From positions 1 through 64,000 of IMG/VR virus record IMGVR_UViG_3300037067_009690: a DNA stretch of 64,000 bases. One strand, written 5' to 3'. The stretch comes from a virus (taxonomy: Duplodnaviria; Caudoviricetes). The notes beneath the pieces were generated by a model that ran no database searches, was not told where the DNA came from, and saw only the letters and a list, made by a program, of their open reading frames with translations. This document shows positions 55,958 to 64,000 of this stretch, piece after piece (the first letter of the stretch is position 1; the number at the start of each line of letters is the position of its first letter). The translations under genes were made by a program, and so were the position numbers.

Positions 55958-56814
55958 GCTGCGACCTCAATCTCAGCTAGTTTCCTGCTCTCATACCAGT
56001 ACGGAAGAGAGATGTGCTCTACGTCATCGGAATATCCTGGCCACTGGTCTGTCTCTCGGCATTCCGCGTAAACCCTGAGTGCCCTGCGGTTCAGGGCCCG
56101 GCCGATTTTCATTGCCGTCGAGTCGAGTTCGATGACGTTCACGAGATACGGCGCGGTCTTCTCTTGGACGATGAACACGAACGCAGCGTCATAGGAGATG
56201 TCGAGGCATTCGACGCCGTCGAGATACCACGCGCCTTGTTGGTGGTACCCATACTCTGCTGCGGCGCGCTGGAACGCGTCGTTAGAGGCGCACCTTGCCG
56301 TCTTGTAGTCTGGGACGATCATTCTTCGTCCGCTGACCGGGTCGGGCATGAAGTCGATGAGGGCACGCCGCCACACTCCGGTTTCGGGGTCAGGCCAGAA
56401 CAGTGCCTGTTCTGGTTTCCCTGCGGCGTGGTTCAGTAGGGCCGCTGCGATCGGGTGCCGGAGTAGTGCCGATGCCATCGCCGTGACGCACTGGTATTCG
56501 TCTGGGAGGACTGGGATGAGGCCTTCGGCGTACGCGTTGTCGCGCGCCTCTCTGGTGGCTTTCCGCCGGTAGTCGTCGGCGTCCAATTGGATGATGTCGG
56601 CGCCTGCGGAAAGGACCAGTCGGTGCGCGGCGTGCCCTAGGTCGAATACGGCTTTGTGTGGCTGGCCGTGGAGTTGCTCGTGTCGGAATAGGGCCGGGCA
56701 GGATGGTGGGAGGAGCTTCCTGGCTCCAGATGACGAGAGGGATCCGCCCGGTATGGGGTCGGCGTGGTATTCGTCGGCGGTCATCGGGTGGATGCCAGCG
56801 TGGGTGACGGTCAT
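55954..56814 (-). CDS. RecE-like PD-(D/E)XK exonuclease (DUF3799)
   Basis: YHADP...LSSSGARKLL, FDLGHAAH, EQALFW, DF...VPDYKTA, YHQQGAWY, QEKTAPY. Confidence 0.9.
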   Translation of the reverse strand: MTVTHAGIHPMTADEYHADPIPGGSLSSSGARKLLPPSCPALFRHEQLHGQPHKAVFDLGHAAHRLVLSAGADIIQLDADDYRRKATREARDNAYAEGLIPVLPDEYQCVTAMASALLRHPIAAALLNHAAGKPEQALFWPDPETGVWRRALIDFMPDPVSGRRMIVPDYKTARCASNDAFQRAAAEYGYHQQGAWYLDGVECLDISYDAAFVFIVQEKTAPYLVNVIELDSTAMKIGRALNRRALRVYAECRETDQWPGYSDDVEHISLPYWYESRKLAEIEVAA

Positions 56815-57050
56815 GCGGTCACCTCGGCGGTGCCTGCTCGGACTGCGGCGCGGCACCAGCAGCACATGCCGTCGTCGCTGTCGGCGATCGAGTCGCAGGG
56901 CTCCAGTCGGGTTAGGTCGATTCCGTGGCAGGTCTCGACGTCCTCGTCGAGGAGGTCGTCGAGGATGTCGTCGGCGGTGCGGATCGACGCGATGAGGCGG
57001 GCGACGTCCTCGGGGTGGACGGTGGGCCGGGCCAGGGTCGGGGCGGTCAT
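56811..57050 (-). CDS. Hypothetical protein
   Basis: ATGA overlap. Confidence 0.45.
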   Translation of the reverse strand: MTAPTLARPTVHPEDVARLIASIRTADDILDDLLDEDVETCHGIDLTRLEPCDSIADSDDGMCCWCRAAVRAGTAEVTA

Positions 57051-57751
57051 CACGCGACCTCGGTCCGCGCGCATCGGGCGGTGATCCGCAGGTCGGTGAG
57101 GTCGATGTCGACGAGCTGGTCGTCGTCCTCGTCGTGGCAGTGGGCGTAGGGGGTCTCCTCGTGCGGGTGCACGGTCAGGACGACGATGACGTGCCGGTCG
57201 TCGGCGCGGGTCCGCCACGCCAGGGTGAGCCCTGTGGGGTCCTGCGGGTCGTAGACGGCGACGTCCCCGGGCTCGATCCTGCTGGTGACGGTGACGGGCC
57301 CGGTGGGGGTGCGGATCACGACCCGGTCAGGCTCGCGGTCGATGATCTGGTCGCGCCAGGGTCGGTCGGTGATGGCGTCGAGGGCCGTGGTGATGTCGCC
57401 CAGGGTTCCGACGGTGACGGTGATGCGGGCGCCGTCCACGTGGACGGCGGCGGGGATGTTCGCGTGCTGGAGGTCGGCGCGGTATTGGCCGGCGGTGATG
57501 CCGGGGAGGACCCCGGCCGCGGCGTACCTACGTGTCGCCCGACCGGCGTGTCCCGATTGGGCGACAGTGACGTCCGTCGCCCTGGATAGCCTGTCCTGAG
57601 GCGAATAACCCCCGTGACCGGGTTGTGCATCTGGTGCCGCGTACGGCACCATGGCGACAGCGGACATGCAGGTGTCCCTCTCTGCACCCGTGGCGAGCTG
57701 GCAGCTGTGGCCGTGGGTGCGTGCTGGAGTGAGCGGTAGGTTGGAGGGCAC
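57050..57751 (-). CDS. Hypothetical protein (start uncertain)
   Basis: TGATG coupling; VVLTVHPHEETPYAHC. Confidence 0.45.
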   Translation of the reverse strand: MPSNLPLTPARTHGHSCQLATGAERDTCMSAVAMVPYAAPDAQPGHGGYSPQDRLSRATDVTVAQSGHAGRATRRYAAAGVLPGITAGQYRADLQHANIPAAVHVDGARITVTVGTLGDITTALDAITDRPWRDQIIDREPDRVVIRTPTGPVTVTSRIEPGDVAVYDPQDPTGLTLAWRTRADDRHVIVVLTVHPHEETPYAHCHDEDDDQLVDIDLTDLRITARCARTEVA

Positions 57752-57892
57752 CCCCGCACGGAGCTGGAAGAGTCACGTGCGGGGGTTGCCCAGTCTCTGG
57801 GGGGACTTAGACGATCAGGTGCCCGACGGCGCCAAAGATGATTGCCGCGACGGCGCACATGATGACCGTGATCATCACGTATTCAGGGGTCC

Positions 57893-58123
57893 TCACGCCG
57901 CACCGGCCAGCGCGCCGCGCCGGCTAGGGTCCGGCGACTCCTGGGAGTCCGGGTCATCGATCCACGCGTACCGTCTGCCGCGTCTCGGTGCTGGGGCTTC
58001 GTAGATGTGCCTCGACATCACCGGGTCGCGCCGGTAGTCGTGGAATGTCTTTACGTGCACGCCGAGCTGGGCGGCTATCTCCTCAGCCGTTCTCAGCTCG
58101 GAGCGGTCATGGGTTCTTGCCAT
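57893..58123 (-). CDS. Cro/excisionase-like HTH protein, leaderless
   Basis: LRTAEEIAAQLGVHVKTFHDYRR. Confidence 0.7.
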   Translation of the reverse strand: MARTHDRSELRTAEEIAAQLGVHVKTFHDYRRDPVMSRHIYEAPAPRRGRRYAWIDDPDSQESPDPSRRGALAGAA

Positions 58124-58129
58124 GCCTGA

Positions 58130-58158
58130 ACCCTAGACCCCTTAGACTCCCTTGTCAA
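58130..58158 (-). promoter_or_regulatory. Promoter TTGACA-N17-TAGGGT, 6 nt before the ATG at 58123
   Basis: Exact spacing. Confidence 0.75.
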
Positions 58159-58691
58159 CCCTTACTCTCCGCTACCCGCCCGAGGATGGACTCATCCAGG
58201 CCGAGCGGAGAGTAGCCGCCGACACTGCCTCCCGCCCTGGCCTGCGCGCTACTCAGAGGGTGGTCACAGTGACCACCCTCCCCAGGGGAAAAGAGAGGCC
58301 CCCGCGGCTGGTCTGCGGGGGCCCTCGTGCCACCCGGGACGTGAGCCGGGCGGCGAAGCACTCGGCCAGGTAACCAGCCTGGCGTCATGGTGCGTCGGCA
58401 TAATAACCCACATCGGGCGTAGATCGCACGATCGCATCCGGCGCGCAACCGTGCTACGTTCGCCCACGGCGTCATAGTGGCGCTGGCTCCCCCTAACCAG
58501 GGGATGGCCCCCAACCGCAAGGCGGGGCGGCGTGAAGACTGGACACGGATACCTCAGTGCCGACGGGTGAGCACCCCATGGGGCCAGAGACAACCGGCCG
58601 GGCAGCCTCCTGATCCACCCGGTGACTCTGTCGATCACTGTGGGGGGTAAGGGGGGCGATTCCCTAGAGCCGTTGTCCTCGAAGCCTCCGG

Positions 58692-59279
58692 GTGGGCACT
58701 GAAAGGTCCAGGAACGAAGCCCCTGTATCTGACTTGGACTTAACCACAGACAGGGGCTTCCTGGTGACATCGGTTAGGCGACGCAGCAAGACAATCTCTA
58801 AGACCAGCGGGAAAAAGTTCAGCGCGAATAGGAGCAACAAGCGCGGCGACAAATCAATAAGCCCAGAGGTACGGAAACGCAACAGGGACGCGTACGCCGC
58901 GTGGCTGGAGGCGCAGCCGATAGATCCAAGAAAGCCATCCAGGCCAAGATGGACCAGCAGTGAGTACGTATCGGAAGTAACGGTTACCGTCGGTGCCGAA
59001 ACCTCCCGTACTGAACCTTCCTACACCCCGGAGCAGTTGCGCAGGATAACAAAGGAGCGCGGGAGAATAAGCGAAAGAATGCGGTCACGGATAAAGCTGC
59101 GCGACAGGGGGACGTGCCGGTACTGTGGTGATATTCACGGGCCGTTCGAGATAGACCATGTGATCCCCGTGTCCCTGGGTGGGGATACTGCCATGCGCAA
59201 TCTGGTCCTGGCGTGCCGGCAGTGTAACCAACGCAAGGGAAACCATGTCTGGAAACCTAAACCAGTCGGGCACTTCTAG
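58692..59279 (+). CDS. HNH endonuclease (start uncertain)
   Basis: RDRGTCRYCG...EIDHVIPVSLGG...NLVLACRQCNQRKG. Confidence 0.88.
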   Translation: MGTERSRNEAPVSDLDLTTDRGFLVTSVRRRSKTISKTSGKKFSANRSNKRGDKSISPEVRKRNRDAYAAWLEAQPIDPRKPSRPRWTSSEYVSEVTVTVGAETSRTEPSYTPEQLRRITKERGRISERMRSRIKLRDRGTCRYCGDIHGPFEIDHVIPVSLGGDTAMRNLVLACRQCNQRKGNHVWKPKPVGHF

Positions 59280-59380
59280 TGCGTGCGCGTGGTAGGGGTA
59301 CGGGCTCCCTCCGCAACTCCCTCCGGAACACGGGGAAAACACGCCATGGTTCAGGTTGAGGGTGGTCACCGTGACCACCC

Positions 59381-59614
59381 TCAAGGTCTGAACCCATTGG
59401 CTGCTCGTGCGGCGTCCCGGAGTCCCGCGTCCATGCCGGCCAGCCCGCGGACACCGGTCCGGTCGGCCTCGGCGAGGACCGCTATCGCCGCGTCATACGC
59501 GGCCTGCGCCAGGTTGGATCCCTGGTCCCGGCGGAGCTCCGCGACCATCACCGCGGACAGGGCCCGGATGGCGGACTCCACCAGGACGGCTGTGGCGTCC
59601 AGCGACGGGCCCAT
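59381..59614 (-). CDS. Hypothetical protein
   Basis: TGATG coupling. Confidence 0.4.
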   Translation of the reverse strand: MGPSLDATAVLVESAIRALSAVMVAELRRDQGSNLAQAAYDAAIAVLAEADRTGVRGLAGMDAGLRDAARAANGFRP

Positions 59615-59886
59615 CACGCCGGCACCCCCGCCGACAGTGCCGCGCACATAGCGTCCACGCCGTCGAGGATCAGCACCGGGTCCCCGTCGTCCCCGATCTC
59701 CGGGGTGATCAGCGCGATCCGGCGCACGCCGCGGTGCAGGTACCCGGGGAGCAGCCACCAGTCGGCCTGCCCCTCGTCCTCCGTGAAAGATGGGAGTAGG
59801 GCGACGTCCCCGTCGTCCGTGACCAGCGGAAACAGGCCGGCCTTCACGGCGACGTTGGCGACACGCTGCGCATCGGTGGTCAACAC
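59614..59886 (-). CDS. Hypothetical protein
   Basis: RBS GAGGAGG. Confidence 0.5.
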   Translation of the reverse strand: MLTTDAQRVANVAVKAGLFPLVTDDGDVALLPSFTEDEGQADWWLLPGYLHRGVRRIALITPEIGDDGDPVLILDGVDAMCAALSAGVPA

Positions 59887-59941
59887 GGATCCTCCTCGGG
59901 TGGATGGTGGCGGCCCCCGGATGAGGCCGCCGCCGGGGTGG

Positions 59942-60439
59942 TCAGGCGGTGGGTTGCCCGTTGTCGAGGACGAGCACTTCGCCGTCCCTGTCGGAGCGGA
60001 ACACGACGGGGGCCATGTTGACGCCGTTACCGCTGTTCGTGGCCCATGCCGGTGCACTGATCCGCCCGACGAAGTAGCCCTTCCTCCGGTCGGTGGCGAT
60101 CTTGCGTGCCGGGTCCTGCGCGCAGGAAGGACTGAACCAGGCGGTTCCACCATCGGCGGTGGTGATGGCCCATGCCCAGCCGTAGCGGGTCTGGACCTCG
60201 CGGGCGTCGAGCATGGTCCCGTCGAGGTCGAAGAGCGCGGGGAACTCGGCGGTCCCGCCGTTCTCCAGGATCTCGGCCTGGACGTCGTAGAGGCGGGCCA
60301 TGGAGTCGGCGGCCCATTGGGAGAGGAATCCGTCGGTGTCGCAGCTGTCGAACGATGCGGCGGAGCGGCGACGGGCTGCGGTGGCCTCGGCCCGGAGTTC
60401 AGCCGCGCGTGCGAGCTGGACTGGGGTGGCGGTGGTCAT
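59942..60439 (-). CDS. Conserved phage hypothetical protein
   Basis: SFDSCDTDGFLSQWA...FPALFDLDG...TRYGWAW; RBS GAGGAG. Confidence 0.7.
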   Translation of the reverse strand: MTTATPVQLARAAELRAEATAARRRSAASFDSCDTDGFLSQWAADSMARLYDVQAEILENGGTAEFPALFDLDGTMLDAREVQTRYGWAWAITTADGGTAWFSPSCAQDPARKIATDRRKGYFVGRISAPAWATNSGNGVNMAPVVFRSDRDGEVLVLDNGQPTA

Positions 60440-60494
60440 CGGATGCTCCTCTCGGGTGGTGGCCCCCACCGGGCGGGCGGGGACCAGGCGGGGG

Positions 60495-60812
60495 TCAGGC
60501 CAGGTGCTTGAGGCACGGCATGACCCGGGCGTCGTGGCGGAAGCAGTACTCGACCTCGGCGGCCCACTCGGGGGTGCCTGGGCCGGCGTTGTCCGTGGCG
60601 ATGTCACCCCAGATGTCCTCGGCGAGTTTGCGGAGGGTGTCCATGTCGGCGGGGTGGGTCTCCACCTCCCAGGCCTTGGCCCCCTTCAGGTCACGGCATC
60701 CGGGGGAGTGGAACTCGGTGGTCCCATTGCCGGGGGTGCGGGTGGTGGCCTGGGTGGCCAGCGGCCGGTCCAGGTCGGGTGCGGTGCGGCTGATGGCTGC
60801 GGTTGCTGGCAT
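60495..60812 (-). CDS. Hypothetical protein, leaderless
   Basis: FHSPGCRDL...CLKH; TTGACT-N17-CACACT upstream. Confidence 0.6.
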   Translation of the reverse strand: MPATAAISRTAPDLDRPLATQATTRTPGNGTTEFHSPGCRDLKGAKAWEVETHPADMDTLRKLAEDIWGDIATDNAGPGTPEWAAEVEYCFRHDARVMPCLKHLA

Positions 60813-60818
60813 GTCTCC

Positions 60819-60899
60819 AGTGTGCACCCCGGGTGGGAGGAAGTCAACTACACACAAGCACAAGCTGTAGTTGACTCATGGGGAGATGTAGTGCATGCT
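60819..60899. promoter_or_regulatory. Back-to-back divergent promoters with a 10-bp inverted repeat
   Basis: AGTCAACTAC (60842-60851) and GTAGTTGACT (60867-60876) each contain a TTGACT -35; -10 boxes CACACT and CATGCT at 17-nt spacing. Confidence 0.65.
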
Positions 60900-60941
60900 G
60901 GTCACATCAGCAAGGGACACCACCTGAGGGGAGAACCAGCA

Positions 60942-61202
60942 GTGGCCGCCATCGACATCAGCGACGAGACCCGCGACTTCGTCGAGTTCCCCGCGCAGGT
61001 CCGGTACCGCGCCGCCCTCGCCGCCACCGGTCAGGCCGTGCGCCTCACCCAGCAATGGACCCGCGGCGGCGGACAGCACGTCTGGACCATCACCTCCGAC
61101 GGCACCCAAACCTGGGCCACCTCCGACGCCGACACCATCTGCCTCGACACCTACCGGGGCATGGGCCGGTTCCTGTACACCTACGGACCCTTCAACGCCT
61201 GA
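60942..61202 (+). CDS. Hypothetical protein
   Basis: RBS GGGGAG. Confidence 0.55.
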   Translation: MAAIDISDETRDFVEFPAQVRYRAALAATGQAVRLTQQWTRGGGQHVWTITSDGTQTWATSDADTICLDTYRGMGRFLYTYGPFNA

Positions 61203-61253
61203 CCGACCCGGGGCCCGGGAAACCGGGCCCACCACCACAACAAGGAGGACACC

Positions 61254-61877
61254 GTGCCCATCACCGACGCGCTCATCACCGTCACACCCGGCCGGTTGGC
61301 ATTCATCGCCCGGATCACCGACGCCGACGGCCGCCCGATCCCCGACGACGAGCACCCCTCGGATGAGCACAAGGGGATCCGCGGTGGACAGTTCATCGTC
61401 GAACTCGACGGCAATGGGACACCGTGGGTCGACCTCGTCGGTGACAAGGCCATGGAATATGGATGGGACATCGGGACGTACAGCTGGGCCGTTGGCGACG
61501 ACGCAGAGACGTGGACGGCCAGAGCCAGAGACATGGGCGCTCGACCACAGCGATCCGAGGATCTAGCCGCACTTGCCCAGCCCCACGAGACCCGAGGCCA
61601 GGAGCCACCCGTCCTCGTGTGGACCGACGCCGACACCCGCTCCGTCACAACCGGCACCATCGACGACTTCACCAGGTCACTCGCCCGATGCCCGGCCGAC
61701 GAACAGCCGTTCGACCGGGTGTACGTCCTCGACGATGACGGAGGCCTGGCTGATGTCCACGTCGAGGAGGCGACCGGGAAGTTCGACGACGGTGACCGCG
61801 CGACGGTGACGGTCACCGTCATCAGCGACGGCCAGCGTGTCGCCACCGGGCACTACACGATCGATGGTCGCGCATGA
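61254..61877 (+). CDS. Hypothetical protein
   Basis: RBS AAGGAGG. Confidence 0.6.
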   Translation: MPITDALITVTPGRLAFIARITDADGRPIPDDEHPSDEHKGIRGGQFIVELDGNGTPWVDLVGDKAMEYGWDIGTYSWAVGDDAETWTARARDMGARPQRSEDLAALAQPHETRGQEPPVLVWTDADTRSVTTGTIDDFTRSLARCPADEQPFDRVYVLDDDGGLADVHVEEATGKFDDGDRATVTVTVISDGQRVATGHYTIDGRA

Positions 61878-62089
61878 CCCGGACCGGGGGCCGCGCCCAG
61901 ATCGGCACCACCGTCCAATCGGTGCGCCTCACCGACGCCATGCTCGCCCGCGTCGACGAGGTCGCTGCCGCCCACGGCATCACCCGGTCCAGGGCGATCC
62001 GGGCCCTCGTCGCCTGCGGCCTCACAGCCGACCCACTCAAGCTCGCCGCCGCCATCCACCAGCCGGCACCCGCCGAGGAGGACCAGTGA
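61874..62089 (+). CDS. Ribbon-helix-helix (CopG-like) regulator
   Basis: VQSVRLTDAMLARVDEVAAAHGITRSRAIRALV. Confidence 0.75.
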   Translation: MTRTGGRAQIGTTVQSVRLTDAMLARVDEVAAAHGITRSRAIRALVACGLTADPLKLAAAIHQPAPAEEDQ

Positions 62090-62556
62090 GGGCTTTGACG
62101 GTCCGGCAGCCATGGGCCTGGGCCATCGCACACGCGCACAAGGACATCGAGAACCGCACCCGGAACATCATCGGTGGGTACCACGGGACGGTCGCTATCC
62201 ACGCGGCCCTGGCGTGGAGCGCAGACGGCGCCAGCGACAAGAACATTCTCGCGGCGTTCCAGAAATACCGCTGGCTCCACGAAGAACCAACACACCCTAT
62301 TGACCCGGCGATGTACCAGGAGCGATTCACGCCGGGCGCAGTGATCGCCACCGCCGAGATCCTCGGTGCCCACCGTCACGAGCCCGGGTGCTGCGAGTCG
62401 CCGTGGGCCATGCCCGGCCAGTGGCACATCAACCTCGGGTGCCCCATCGCCATACCTGAGCCAGTGCCGTGCCGGGGAGCCCTCGGACTGTGGCGCCTCG
62501 ACAACACCGCATGGGCCGCCGTTGTCCGGCAGATCCAGACTGCCGCACCGTTCTGA
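62086..62556 (+). CDS. ASCH domain protein
   Basis: ALTVRQPWAWAI...KDIENRT...VAIHAA...PVPCRGALGLW. Confidence 0.88.
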   Translation: MRALTVRQPWAWAIAHAHKDIENRTRNIIGGYHGTVAIHAALAWSADGASDKNILAAFQKYRWLHEEPTHPIDPAMYQERFTPGAVIATAEILGAHRHEPGCCESPWAMPGQWHINLGCPIAIPEPVPCRGALGLWRLDNTAWAAVVRQIQTAAPF

Positions 62557-62630
62557 TCATGAGGAGACCAACCGCAGGCCGCCGCCGAGGAGGATGCCAG
62601 GGCGTAGGATCCTGGCGCTTGGATTTCACA

Positions 62631-62670
62631 GTGGTGGCCACCCCCGGCCGGGGGTGGCCACCACACTTTT
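62631..62670 (+). terminator. Perfect 34-bp palindrome followed by a T-tract
   Basis: GTGGTGGCCACCCCCGG|CCGGGGGTGGCCACCAC (62631-62664) then ACTTTT. Confidence 0.6.
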
Positions 62671-62788
62671 GTGGCTGGACCCATGTTTCGTTTCCGTATT
62701 CCGTCACCCGCGAAATACGGATCCTCCGCCCGGGTGAATCCCGCAGTCCCGGCTCAACCCCGCCACACCCCGGCCCGATACACCACCC

Positions 62789-63187
62789 ATGACCAGCGCA
62801 CACATCGTCACCGGGACCACCCCATCCACTCGTGTCGGCGGCGAAACACTCGACACCGTCCTCCACTGGACCCCCGAGGACCCCCTGCGCGTCCACGTCA
62901 CGTGGCGGCACCCGGACGGCGTGTACACCCGGTGGGCGATCTCCCGGGAGCTCCTGCGTGACGGGATGATGGCCCGCGCCGGGCGCGGCGACCTGGTCGT
63001 CACCCCCGCGGGGGACCGGCTGCACCTGACCCTGCGCGCCCGGTCCGCCGAGTCGGAGACCGTGTCCATGGACATGGGCAGGGTGAGGCGGATGCTGATC
63101 CGCACCCACCTCATGGTGCCGATCGGCATGGAGGACATCGACGTGCAGGTCGCCGTGGACGGGGCCGTCACCGGGACCGCCCGTTGA
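62789..63187 (+). CDS. ssgA: SsgA-family sporulation/cell-division protein
   Basis: LHWTPEDPLRVHV...WAISRELLRDG...GRGDLVV.P...LTL...FL.RT..MVPIG-like pattern. Confidence 0.75.
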   Translation: MTSAHIVTGTTPSTRVGGETLDTVLHWTPEDPLRVHVTWRHPDGVYTRWAISRELLRDGMMARAGRGDLVVTPAGDRLHLTLRARSAESETVSMDMGRVRRMLIRTHLMVPIGMEDIDVQVAVDGAVTGTAR

Positions 63188-63381
63188 CCCGGCGGATGAC
63201 CCTCGCCGAGTGGGTGCAGGTGCAGCCGGCGACGAGTGACGCGGACTGGGGTGTGGAGGTCGAGGTCATCGAGGCCAGGGACCGGCAGGCGGAGGCGAGG
63301 GCGGAGGCCGCGGCGAGGGAGACGGACCGCATGGGGTCCCTGGCCGGTCGCCGCGCGACGCGGGTGTGGCCCCGCCGATGA
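63184..63381 (+). CDS. Hypothetical protein
   Basis: TTGA overlap. Confidence 0.35.
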   Translation: MTRRMTLAEWVQVQPATSDADWGVEVEVIEARDRQAEARAEAAARETDRMGSLAGRRATRVWPRR

Positions 63382-63501
63382 GACGACGAGGCCACAAGAT
63401 CCGGGTCAACAGATCGCGTCGAGGATAGTCCGGGCCCGCCGTGACGGGGGTGGCAGGGCGGGCCCGGTCGCAGGCGTCTCGGGACACCCGCGACACCCAC
63501 G

Positions 63502-63699
63502 CTACCGGCCCGTGGCCGCTGGCAGGTCGAACTCCCCGGCCTTGACGCCCGCGAGGAACGCCGCCCACTCGGCGGCGGTGAACGCCAGGACCGGGCCCCT
63601 CGGGTCCTTCGAGTCGCGGACCAGGGTCATGTCGCCGTCGCGGGCGACCTCGACGCAGTCCCCGGACATCGACGTAGTGGATTTCCGCCACACGATCAT
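63502..63699 (-). CDS. DUF397 domain protein
   Basis: WRKSTTSMSGDCVEVA...VRDSKDPRGPVLAFTAAEWAAFLAGVKAGEFD. Confidence 0.92.
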   Translation of the reverse strand: MIVWRKSTTSMSGDCVEVARDGDMTLVRDSKDPRGPVLAFTAAEWAAFLAGVKAGEFDLPAATGR

Positions 63700-63725
63700 A
63701 GGTTGTCCATTTCCGCCCCTTTGTT

Positions 63726-63766
63726 GGGTGGCCTCGCTGGCACGGCGCGGGCCAGCGAGGCCACCC
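63726..63766. other. 16-bp stem-loop directly upstream of the DUF397 gene
   Basis: GGGTGGCCTCGCTGGC-N9-GCCAGCGAGGCCACCC. Confidence 0.6.
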
Positions 63767-63903
63767 GCAATCATGCCATCAGAAAGTCCCGAGGGGATGC
63801 GGATGGTGCTGGAGTCGGTGCGCGAGGAGATTGAGGGGTATCGGGCGGATATTCCGGCGGGTGGCGCGCTGTATCCAATGTCCCCGGCTCGGGCTGGTTG
63901 ACC

Positions 63904-63932
63904 GTTCGGGTGAGACAGCATCTCACCCGAAC
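63904..63932. terminator. 12-bp stem-loop, possible terminator
   Basis: GTTCGGGTGAGA-CAGCA-TCTCACCCGAAC. Confidence 0.5.
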
Positions 63933-64000
63933 AGGTAACCACGGGGAATGCGGCAATGTGTTTTGACTTTCCGCCGCCCATTGGATAGGAATGCACTATC

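Overview
A high-GC actinobacterial temperate-type phage or prophage segment of the tailed-phage kind. No host housekeeping genes, phage integrase or tail genes are visible in the window. SsgA, WhiB, DUF397 and TraB-like genes suggest a filamentous actinomycete host. Left arm (minus strand): small and large terminase, portal, scaffold and P22-type major capsid, followed directly by a four-gene sugar-modification cassette. Passengers are a non-autonomous IS200/IS605 tnpB element (about 8973-10300) and a three-gene tyrosine-recombinase element (about 16393-19660) that splits an HTH gene. The middle holds a plus-strand operon of small genes (PNK, DUF5131, HNH) and a Streptomyces-plasmid-like conjugation module (GntR/KorA, DUF2637/Spd, FtsK-TraB, candidate clt repeats). 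The right part holds replication, recombination and regulatory genes. The standout is 42275-43806: a stand-alone RAMP/Cas7-like gene and an accessory gene interleaved with three non-coding units. Each unit has 10-12 phased GGY-NN pentamers ending in a near-identical tail (GGCAGGGGATCCACACGARAG). This is a candidate phage-encoded RNA-guided system with a gapped dinucleotide guide code and no CRISPR array. All family assignments come from motif recognition by eye; no searches were run.
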